From positions 42,263-91,901 of the forward strand of contig NIVC01003548.1 in assembly GCA_002269645.1 (NCBI GenBank): DNA of 49,639 nt. The letters run 5' to 3'. Shown here piece by piece: positions 19,001 to 31,000 of the stretch (positions are counted from its first letter, which is position 1; each line of letters begins with the position of its first letter). The DNA is from Macrostomum lignano (Eukaryota). The position numbers and the translations under genes were made by a program. Under the pieces are notes generated by a model. That model saw nothing but the letters and a program-made list of their open reading frames with translations, searched no databases and was not told where the DNA came from.

Positions 19001-22000
19001 CCCCAGATGGAATAGCAGATCTACAAGATAGAATCTTAGTTCTACAAAATAGAATCACAGATCTACAGATAGAATAGGAGATCTACAGATAGAATAGGAG
19101 ATCTACAAGATAGAATAGGAGATCTAGAAGATAGAATCTCAGATCTACAAGATCGAATCACGGATCTACAGATAGAATAGCAGTTCTACAAGATAGAATC
19201 ACAGATCTACAAGATAGAATAGAAGATCTACAAGAAAGTATCACAGGTCTACAAGATACAATAGGAGATCTACAAGATAGAATCGCAGTTCTACAAGATC
19301 GAATAACAGATCTACAAGAAAGTATCACAGGTCTACAAGATACAATAGGAGATCTACAAGATAGAATCGCAGTTCTACAAGATCGAATAACAGATCTACA
19401 GATAGAATAGCAGTTCTACAAGATCGAATCACAGATCTACAGACTGAATAGCAGTTCTACAAGATCGAATCGCAGATCTACAAGATAGAATAGGAGATCT
19501 AAAAGATAGAATCTTAGATCTACAAGATCGAATCACGGATCTACAGATAGAATAGCAGATCTACAAGATCGAATCACAGATCTACAGATAGAATAGCAGA
19601 TCTACAAGATCGAATCACGGATCTACAGATAGAATAGCAGTTCTACAAGATAGAATCACAGATCTACAAGATAGAATAGGAGATCTACAATATAGAATCG
19701 GAGATCTACAAGATCGAATCACGGATCTACAGATAGAATAGCAGTTCTACAAGATAGAATCGCAGATCTACAAGATAGAATAGGAGGTCTACAAGATAGA
19801 ATCTCAGATCTACAAGATCGAATCACGGATCTACAGATAGAATAGCAGTTCTACAAGATAGAATCGCAGATCTACAGATAGAATAGCAGTTCTACAAGAT
19901 AGAATCACAGATCTACAACATAGAAATAGCAGATCTAAAAGATCGAATCGCAGATCTACAAGATAGAATTCCAGATCTATAAGCCGACCCACAGTCCCAG
20001 GCCCTCACCTCCTGCACTCGGTCCTGGTACTTGTTCTTCAGCTTCTGCGTCTCTCCACTCAGCCTGGCCAGCAGGTCGTCTCGCTGCATCAGCCGCTGGC
20101 TGAGCTCCCGGTTGTCGGCTGCCAGCGACTCCAACTCGGCCCGCGTGCCTGCCAGCTGCTCCTCCCGGCTGCTGATCTGCCTACGGGCGGCCTCCAGCTC
20201 ACCTGCGCGCGAGCTTAACTCCTGCTGCTGGCCGCGGCTGGCCTCCTGCAGGCGCTTCGTCTACCACGTGAGGTGGATGGTTGGGGTGGTGGGTGATTGG
20301 GGTGGTGGGTGATTGGGGTGGTGGGTGATTGGGTGGTGGGTGATTGGGGTGGTGGGTGATTGGGGTGGTGGGTGATTGGGGTGGTGGGTGATTGGGGTGG
20401 TGGGTGATTGGGGTGGTGGGTGATTGGGGTGGTAGTTGATTGGGTTGGTGGGTGATTGGGGTGGTAGTTGATTGGGTTGGTGGGTGATTGGGGTGGTAGT
20501 TGATTGGGTTGGTGGGTGATTGGGGTGGTGGGTGATTGGGGTGGTAGTTGATTGGGTTGGTGGGTGATTGGGGTGGTAGGTGATTAGGGTGGTAGTTGAT
20601 TTGAGTGGTAGTTGATTGAGGTGGTGGGTGATTGGGGTGCTCGGTGATTGGGGTGGTGGGTGATTGGGGTGGTAGTTGATTGAGGTGGTGGGTGATTGGG
20701 GTGCTCGGTGATTGGGGTGGTGGGTGATTGGGGTGGTAGTTGATTGGGTTGGTGGGTGATTGGGGTGGTAGGTGATTAGGGTGGTAGTTGATTAGGGTGG
20801 TAGTTGATTGGGGTGGTGGGTGATTGGGGTGGTGGGTGATTGGGGTGGTGGGTGATTAGAGTGGGTGTCCGGTAGTCAAAGAGATTCCCTTGATCAGAAA
20901 TCGCCATCACTCACCTGCACTCGCAGCTCCTCAGCCCGTTTTCGCGCCTCCTCAGCCTCAGACTTGGCCCGCTGCAGCTCCGCTTCCAGCCTGGCCGACT
21001 CCGCCTTGGCCGCCTTGGCCGACTTGCTGGCCGCCTCCGCCTGCTTCTCCAGGCCGGCGCAGCGCTCCTCCAGCCGGCTGCGCGCCTCCTGCTGCCTGGC
21101 CGCCTCCTGCGCCGACCGCGCCAGCTCGGCTTCCCGTCGCCGAGTCTCCTCAGCCAACTGTTCGCGCTCCGACTGGCCGCTGGCCGCCGCCGCCTGCACC
21201 TTCGACTCCAGCCGGCTGAGCTCCTCAGCGCTGGCCCGGCACTGCTTCTTGGTCTGGTCCAGATCCCGCTGCAGCTGCTCTGCCGCCGCCTCCCGTCTGC
21301 GCCCAGAGTGTTTGAGGGGAACAGCTATCAGACTGAACTACTGATAGTACTATACTGCTATATTATAATCAAAATCAATTCGATGTCATGGTACACTAAC
21401 TGGCAATGCCAAGGACCACCAGCACTATATCACTGGTTTAGAAGTGCTTGTATGTACTTATGATCCCATCGGGTTCACCTGGCCAGCTGTTCGCGCAGTC
21501 CGGCCGATTCCTCCTGGCTGGTGGCCAGCTGCTGCTCCATCTGCTGCAGCAGCTGCTGCCGCTGGCTGACAGCACCTCGCAGCTCGGCCACCTGGCTGTG
21601 CAGCCGCTCCTGAGCCGCCTGGCGCTCGGCCAGCTCCTCCGCCATGCGTTCCGCATCTGCGCCCAGCCGCTGGCACTTGTCCATCAGCTCGCCTCGCTCA
21701 GCCCGCCACTGGCCCTCTCGCTGGCCTAGAGTTCGCTCCAGCTCCTGACGGCGGAGACGCACGGCTTCGAGCTCGCGACCTCGCTCCTCTAGTTGACGCT
21801 GCGACTGCTGCGCCTCGGCCTCGGATCGGCGGGCCCGTTCCTGACTCTCCGTCGAGCGCTGATTGGCGATTTTCAGCTCCTCCTTCAGCTGGCGGATTGC
21901 CTGGGAGGCGGTGAGGCAGAGTAGAGCTACTGATTTTCTAACAGAGATCTTTAAAAGAACAAGTGCTACTTTTCGAAGCTTTCTTTGTATAAAATTGTTT

Positions 22001-25000
22001 CAAGATCAATGAAAAATTGGAAAAAAAACAGGTAGAAAATGCCTGCTCACCTCGAATCTCTGATTGGCAGTGCTCATCGCTTCGTTGAATTTCTCCTCCA
22101 GAGTCCTGGCGTCAGTGCGGAGACGCAGCAGCGAGTCGTGCCGCTCGGCGATCTCCGCTGTCAGGGCGTCTCGGGTCTCGTTGGAGCTCGACTGCAGCTT
22201 CTGCAGGCTGTCAGTCAGGCGGCGGACCTGGCGGGTGTGGTGAGGGAGAGTGAGGAGTGAGATGGGGAGAGTGAAGGGTGAGATGGGGAGAGTGAGGGGT
22301 GAGATGGGGCAGAGTGAGGGGTGAGATGAGGGAGAGTGAGGGGTGAGATAGGGAGAGTGAGGGGTGAGATAGGGGAGAGTGAGGGGTGAGATAGGGGAGA
22401 GTGAGGGGTGAGATAGGGGAGAGTGAGGGGTGAGATGGGGGAGAGTGAGGGGTGAGATGAGGGAGAGTGAGGGGTGAGATAGGGAGAGTGAGGGGAGAGA
22501 TAGGGGAGAGTGAGGGGTGAGATGGAGGAGAGTGAGGGGTGAGATGAGGGAGAGTGAGGGGTGAGATGGGGGAGAGTGAGGGGTGAGATGGGGGAGAGTG
22601 AGGGGTGAGATGGGGCAGAGTGAGGGGTGAGATGAGGGAGAGTGAGGGGTGAGATAGGGGAGAGTGAGGGGTGAGATGAGGGAGAGTGAGGGGTGAGATA
22701 GGGAGAGTGAGGGGTGAGATAGGGGAGAGTGAGGGGAGAGATGGGGGAGAGTGAGGGGTGAGATGAGGGAGAGTGAGGGGTGAGATGGGGGAGAGTGAGG
22801 GGTGAGATAGGGAGAGTGAGGGGTGAGATGAGGGAGAGTGAGGGGTGAGATAGGGAGAGTGAGGGGTGAGATGAGGGAGAGTGAGGGGTGAGATGAAGGA
22901 GAGTGAGGGGTGAGATGGGGGAGAGTGAGGGGTGAGATGTGGAGAGTGAGGGGTGAGATGAAGTGAAGGATAAGCTGAGATAAAGGTATTAGATAAGGTG
23001 ATGACATGAAATGCTGATATTAAGGTATGATGCGAAGGCATATGATGAAGCCATCAGCAGAAAGGGGTGAGAAGAATGAGGGCTAAGAAGGGATGAGATG
23101 AGGGTACGAGATCTGCAGCTATCGGCCCAGCCCACCTGGTCCAGACAGTCCGCGTGCTGGCTCCGCAGCGTGTCCGCCTCCGACTGCAGCCGACGGGCGA
23201 AGGCCTCCTGGCTGGCCGCTTCCTCCTGGGCGATGCCCAGCTCCCGCCTGAGCTCCCCTGCCTGCTGCTCCAGCTCCTGGCCTCGGGCGTCCGCGACCGT
23301 CAGCTGTTCGAAGGGATTTGGATGGAGAGGGATGAAATCCCAGTATGGGATCGGATCCATTTTTGCGAACATTTTTGAGTTAAAAACAAACAAAGACGTT
23401 AATAAGTTAGTTGCTATGGCACCTCGCTGCTTAGTGGCAGTTGTATGACACAGTGGTGCGAAATTGCAGCACAACACCGAGGTGAGCCAAGTTGGAGTGT
23501 TTGGTGGCGTTGGAGTCTCTCGGGGATATTAAGGTTGGGGCTTTGAGGTTTCTCGGGATATTGGCATTGGGGTTGTGTCCTTGGGGTCTCAGTAAGACAA
23601 TGTCCAGCTCAGAGTTACAGCAAAGTTGATCAAAAAACTTCAGCAGCACAAAAGATGTCAGATATTGGCACACCATGGGTTCATCGCTGCTCTTATAAGT
23701 AAAAAACAGATCAGAGCTAATGGAAAGACCATAGAGAAAAGAGGCAAATGCAGCAGCGCAATCGCAATCACTCTGGTACCTCTTCAGTGCGGTTTCTCAG
23801 GCTGCCATCTAAGTGGTCAACCTTCACCCGGAGCCGGTCCAGCTGCAATGCGCGGTGCGCGGGGTGTCATCGTGGACAAGTCTTTATTGCACTGCCTCAG
23901 CTCTGATCCCATCTCCTCTCACTGTCTGATCCCCTCTCCCCTCACTGTCTGATCCCCTTTCCCCTCACTGTCTGATCCCCTCTCCTCTCACTGTCTGATC
24001 CCCTCTCCCCTCACTGTCTGATCCCCTCTCCCCTCACTGTCTGATCCCCTCTCCCCTCACTGTCTGATCCCCTCTCCTCTCACTGTCTGATCCCCTCTCC
24101 CCTCACTGTCTGATCCCCTCTCCCCTCACTGTCTGATCCCTCTCCCCTCACTGTCTGATCCCCTCTCCCCTCACTGTCTGATCCCCTCTCCCCTCACTGT
24201 CTGATCCCCTCTCCCCTCACTGTCTGATCCCCTCTCCCCTCACTGTCTGATCCCCTCTCCTCTCACTGTCTGATCCCCTCTCCTCTCACTGTCTGATCCC
24301 CTCTCCTCTCACTGTCTGATCCCCTCTCCCCTCACTGTCTGATCCCCTCTCCCCTCACTGTCTGATCCCCTCTCCCCTCACTGTCTGATCCCCTCTCCCC
24401 TCACTGTCTGATCCCACCTCCTCAAAAGCCCCAAGCAGGAAGCGAGCCCCTACCTCAATCAGCAGCTGCTCCTTGGCCTCCTGGCCCTGTCCGAGCTCCT
24501 GACGCAGCTTCCCAATAGTTTCGTCGCGTCGCTTGAGCTCTGATTTGAGCAGCTCCGCCCGGTCGCCGCTGCCGGCTTCAACGCCGCGGCACCGCGCCTG
24601 CAGCCGCGCCAACTCGTCGCTGTCGCGTTGTCGCTGTTCGCGAGCTTCGGCCAGGTCGGCTTCCAGCGACTTGACGCGACGCTCCGACTGCAGAGTCTGT
24701 TTTTGGAAAAAATCGTGGGAGAAGTAATTAAGTAGTATCAGTAGCGTTTTTTATATGATTTTAGGTCTAGGTTGAAAATCGGTGGGTAAACGGCGCGAGT
24801 AGCAAGCCGTGGATGAATAACAAAACGCCTCGTCATCTCATTAGTTATGACTCACATCGTGAGCACTCCGTCTGAGCTTCTCCTCCAGGCAGCGCACAGC
24901 CGCAGTCGAGTCCGACTCAGTCTTGGCAGCCGTGGCCTGCAGAGCCTTCAGGGATGTCGTCAGCTCGCGGATTTTGGCATCGCGTTCCTCCACCTGGTAG

Positions 25001-28000
25001 AAATTTAATGAGATATTTGAGATTGCTGCACTAGATCTTTGAGATCGCTAGTCTAGATCAATTTTTTAAGCTACCAAAAAACGTAATATGCAGAATATAT
25101 AAAATATAAAGATAGAAAGATAAAGTCGGAGATCTACAAGATCTACAAGACAGAAACCCAGATATACAAGATAAACTCACAGATCTAAAGGATAGAAGCG
25201 CTGATCTACAAGATAGAATCGCAGATCTACAAGATAGAATCGCAGATCTACAAGATGGAATCACAGATCTACAAAGATAGAATCGCAGATCTACAAGATA
25301 GAATCGCAGATCTACAAGATAGAATCGCAGATCTACAAGATAGAATCGCAGATCTACAAAGATATAATCGCAGATCTACAAGATAGAATCGCAGATCTAC
25401 AAAGATATAATCGCAGATCTACAAGATAGAATCGCAGATCTACAAAGATAGAATCACAGATCTACAAGATAGAATCGCAGATCTACAAGATAGAATCGCA
25501 GATCTACAAGATAGAATCGCAGATCTACAAGATAGAATCGCAGATCAACAAGATAGAATCACTGATCTACAAGATAGAATCGCAGATCTACAAGATAGAA
25601 TCGCAGATCTACAAAGATATAATCGCAGATCTACAAGATAGAATCGCAGATCTACAAGATGGAATCGCAGATCTACAAGATGGAATCACAGATCTACAAG
25701 ATGGAATCGCAGATCTACAAAGATATAATCGCAGATCTACAAGATAGAATCGCAGATCTACAAGATAGAATCGCAGATCTACAAAGATAGAATCGCAGAT
25801 CTACAAGATAGAATCGCAGATCTACAAAGATATAATCGCAGATCTACAAGATGGAATCACAGATCTACAAGATGGAATCACAGATCTACAAAGATATAAT
25901 CGCAGATCTACAAGATAGAATCGCAGATCTACAAGATAGAATCGCAGATCTACAAAGATAGAATCGCAGATCTACAAGATAGAATCGCAGATCTACAAAG
26001 ATATAATCGCAGATCTACAAGATAGAATCGCAGATCTACAAAGATAGAATCACAGATCTACAAGATAGAATCGCAGATCTACAAGATGGAATCGCAGATC
26101 TACAAAGATATCCCTGGCCCCATCGCACCTGTTTCTTCATCTGGCGCACCCGGTCCCGGCTGGCCGCCAGCTCCGCCTGGGTGTCCAACTCGGCCAGAGC
26201 AGCTTCGCCGCCAGCCGCCGCCGGTGCCGCTCCAGCCTGCATGTTGAACGCCATCAAGGTGAGCCCAGATAAGAGCTGACTGAGATTGAGAATCTCTATT
26301 CTTATAGCATATCGTAGTGAACTCAGAGACTCGCAAACCCTTAGCCAATAAACACAGGGATCAGTCCTCTGGGGACCTGACTTCCCCAGAGCCTTGCTTC
26401 TATCCCCAATTCTCCTTCTTTCTCCTCTCTTCCACTCACGACTTCCTGTGTTCCAAAGCAGCCAGCAAAATATTTGAACTGAGAAATTGGCCAAGTCTGG
26501 CCATCGTGATAAAACATAGATTTACCGGCTTTAACTTTAAAGTCACCCTCTCTCTCTCTCTGTGTGTACATCTGGTTCAGTTTGTATTGGTTGCCATGGT
26601 GACGCTTTCAAATCGATAGTAAGAGTAAGAGTATAGTAGAATTGTTGAGTAAGTATAGGATTTTTAACAATAGTAGAAATTTGTAACTCTCTATCTAAGC
26701 TATTTCAAATCGGGAACATTCATTCCGAAATGATTTTTTTGAATCAAGGACCGCTAAAATTAGATGGACAAGACACTGTGTTTCCTAGAAAAAGGTGGAA
26801 TTCTCTTATTTTCCTACTAGTGTTTGTTAATATTGACAGTTTATAATTGTTGTTTTCTGAAAAATTATTTAAAAATACAAAACCTAAGCCTTTAAAAAAT
26901 TCCAAGAAACGAAGAGCCCCCCAGTCAAGGTCCATTACTCTTAATAATAGTTAAGAGTTTAATAGTTTTGGCTTAGACTGGGCGCTTCTTTCCAGTCCAG
27001 GTACAAGCATTCAGAAGTCCCTGTGTGTAAAATCCCTGTACAGGGACGACTGCTCTGGTTCCTAGCTCAGCTTCCGGCCTCTCGGCAGTCCATGAACAGA
27101 GGCGCCGAGTGCTTCAGCTTCTCAAAAAAGGCTGAATCATCTATCACGTTAGACTCGAGAGTAGGGGAGTGAAAAAGGTGTTGGATGATTAATTTACTGT
27201 TTAATGGATTCCAGCCAGTGTAAGGAAATTTTTCAGAAAATTCAATAGAGCATCAGTTTAATATATAATAGGCATTCAATAGTTCAGGTACAAAATAGCT
27301 GCTGTATAAATATGAATAGCATTGCAGTAAAATTGTGTCTGATATAATTCGAATTGCAAAGCTTTAACTTTTTAAATTTCGCTAATAAGAAAAGCATTTC
27401 ATGCGATTAAATACCAGTATGTTGGCGCGAAATTTCTCCCACCTTGATAGACTAATTCTGCCTACTTGAAGTAGTAGCATTCTTGCGTGTCTATGGCTCA
27501 AAATGGGTGTCAGACTATGGCCCACAATGTGTGTCAGATTATAGCCCACAATGTGTGTCAGACTATAGCCCACAATGTGTGTCAGACTATGACCCACAAT
27601 GTGTTGTCAGACTATGACCCACAATGTATATCAGACTATAGCCCACAATGTGTGTCAGACTATGACCCACAATGTGTTGTCAGACTATGACCCACAATGT
27701 ATATCAGACTATAGCCCACAATGTGTGTCAGACTATGACCCACAATGTGTTGTCAGACTATGACCCACAATGTATATCAGACTATGGCCCAAAATGTGTG
27801 TCAGACTATGACCCACAATGTGTTGTCAGACTATGACCCACAATGTATATCAGACTATAGCCCACAATGTGTGTCAGACTATGACCCACAATGTGTTGTC
27901 AGACTATGACCCACAATGTATATCAGACTATGGCCCAAAATGGGTGTCAGACTATGGCCCACAATGTGTGTCAGACTATGACCCACAATGTGTGTCAGAC

Positions 28001-31000
28001 AAAAGCCAAAGTGCACCAAAAAGAGTTCTATTACATGGTACAAATCCAAGCATAAATAATTTGAGTCAATGAGACTCCAACTAGAAGCACCATATCTAAC
28101 TACAATAGTTATAGTATATATGACTTATACTCGTATATTAGAATTACCTGAGCCCTGTCCTGCGGTGTGTCAATCACCGAGGGCATTGTTGATGTTGAAT
28201 AATCGCTTCGCTGGGAAGGTGTGCGTGCGCGTTTTTTAAAAATAAAATAGACAAATCTTATCAATTAGCCATTCAGCCACTCATCAGACAGGGTCCATCA
28301 TGAGTTTTTTAACCTCCCTGCTCAGGTAGGTTCACCTAGTGACAAAAGCAGCTCAGCCGCTGAAAGCTACCTGATCCCATCTACCTGAAACACGGGCAGC
28401 TCAGCCGCTGAAAGCTACCTGATCTCATTTACTTAAAACACGGGCAGCTCAGCCGCTGAGCTCAGCCGCTGAAAGCTACCTGATCTCATCTACCTGAAAC
28501 ACGGGCAGCTCAGCCGCTGAGCTCAGCCGCTGAAAGCTACCTGATCTCATCTACCTGAAACACGGGCAGCTCAGCCGCTGAGCTCAGCCGCTGAAAGCTA
28601 CCTGATCTCATCTACCTGAGACACGGGCAGCTCAGCCGCTGAAAGCTACCTGATCTCATCTACTTAAAACACGGGCAGCTCAGCCGCTGAGCTCAGCCGC
28701 TGAAAGCTACCTGATCTCATCTACCTGAGACACGGGCAGCTCAGCCGCTGAAAGCTACCTGATCTCATTTACTTAAAACACGGGCAGCTCAGCCGCTGAG
28801 CTCAGCCGCTGAAAGCTACCTGATCTCATCTACCTGAAACACGGGCAGCTCAGCCGCTGAGCTCAGCCGCTGAAAGCTACCTGATCTCATCTACCTGAGA
28901 CACGGGCAGCTCAGCCGCTGAAAGCTACCTGATCTCATCTACTTAAAACACGGGCAGCTCAGCCGCTGAGCTCAGCCGCTGAAAGCTACCTGATCTCATC
29001 TACCTGAGACACGGGCAGCTCAGCCGCTGAAAGCTACCTGATCTCATTTACTTAAAACACGGGCAGCTCAGCCGCTGAGCTCAGCCGCTGAAAGCTACCT
29101 GATCTCATCTACCTGAAACACGGGCAGCTCAGCCGCTGAGCTCAGCCGCTGAAAGCTACCTGATCTCATCTACCTGAAACACGGGCAGCTCAGCCGCTGA
29201 GCTCAGCCGCTGAAAGCTACCTGATCTCATCTACCTGAGACACGGGCAGCTCAGCCGCTGAAAGCTACCTGATCTCATCTACTTAAAACACGGGCAGCTC
29301 AGCCGCTGAAAGCTACCTGATCTCATCTACCTGAAACACGGGCAGCTCAGCCGCTGAGCTCAGCCGCTGAAAGCTACCTGATCTCATCTACCTGAGACAC
29401 GGGCAGCTCAGCCGCTGAAAGCTACCTGATCTCATCTACCTGAGACACGGGCAGCTCAGCCGCTGAAAGCTACCTGATCTCATCTACCTGAAACACGGGC
29501 AGCTCAGCCGCTGAGCTCAGCCGCTGAAAGCTACCTGATCTCATCTACCTGAGACACGGGCAGCTCAGCCGCTGAAAGCTACCTGATCTCATCTACCTGA
29601 AACACGGGCAGCTCAGCCGCTGAAAGCTACCTGATCCCATCTACCTGAAACACGGGCAGCTCAGCCGCTGAAAGCTACCTGATCTCATTTACTTAAAACA
29701 CGGGCAGCTCAGCCGCTGAGCTCAGCCGCTGAAAGCTACCTGATCTCATCTACCTGAAACACGGGCAGCTCAGCCGCTGAGCTCAGCCGCTGAAAGCTAC
29801 CTGATCTCATCTACCTGAAACACGGGCAGCTCAGCCGCTGAGCTCAGCCGCTGAAAGCTACCTGATCTCATCTACCTGAGACACGGGCAGCTCAGCCGCT
29901 GAAAGCTACCTGATCTCATCTACTTAAAACACGGGCAGCTCAGCCGCTGAGCTCAGCCGCTGAAAGCTACCTGATCTCATCTACCTGAGACACGGGCAGC
30001 TCAGCCGCTGAAAGCTACCTGATCTCATTTACTTAAAACACGGGCAGCTCAGCCGCTGAGCTCAGCCGCTGAAAGCTACCTGATCTCATCTACCTGAAAC
30101 ACGGGCAGCTCAGCCGCTGAGCTCAGCCGCTGAAAGCTACCTGATCTCATCTACCTGAGACACGGGCAGCTCAGCCGCTGAAAGCTACCTGATCTCATCT
30201 ACTTAAAACACGGGCAGCTCAGCCGCTGAGCTCAGCCGCTGAAAGCTACCTGATCTCATCTACCTGAGACACGGGCAGCTCAGCCGCTGAAAGCTACCTG
30301 ATCTCATTTACTTAAAACACGGGCAGCTCAGCCGCTGAGCTCAGCCGCTGAAAGCTACCTGATCTCATCTACCTGAAACACGGGCAGCTCAGCCGCTGAG
30401 CTCAGCCGCTGAAAGCTACCTGATCTCATCTACCTGAAACACGGGCAGCTCAGCCGCTGAGCTCAGCCGCTGAAAGCTACCTGATCTCATCTACCTGAGA
30501 CACGGGCAGCTCAGCCGCTGAAAGCTACCTGATCTCATCTACTTAAAACACGGGCAGCTCAGCCGCTGAAAGCTACCTGATCTCATCTACCTGAAACACG
30601 GGCAGCTCAGCCGCTGAGCTCAGCCGCTGAAAGCTACCTGATCTCATCTACCTGAGACACGGGCAGCTCAGCCGCTGAAAGCTACCTGATCTCATCTACC
30701 TGAGACACGGGCAGCTCAGCCGCTGAAAGCTACCTGATCTCATCTACCTGAAACACGGGCAGCTCAGCCGCTGAGCTCAGCCGCTGAAAGCTACCTGATC
30801 TCATCTACCTGAGACACGGGCAGCTCAGCCGCTGAAAGCTACCTGATCTCATCTACTTAAAACACGGGCAGCTCAGCCGCTGAAAGCTACCTGATCTCAT
30901 CTACCTGAAACACGGGCAGCTCAGCCTCAAGTGTGCGGTCATCAGCCAGGGACACGCACCCTGAGGGCAAAGTGTACCTACAATCTCAAAGAGACCGTCT

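Noticed and set aside
12117-21729. Plus-strand ORFs overlapping the coiled-coil exons (e.g. 13735-14532, 12117-12677)
   Set aside because: Antisense shadows of GC-rich CAG/CTG/GAG-biased exons. The splice signals and phases fit only the - strand.
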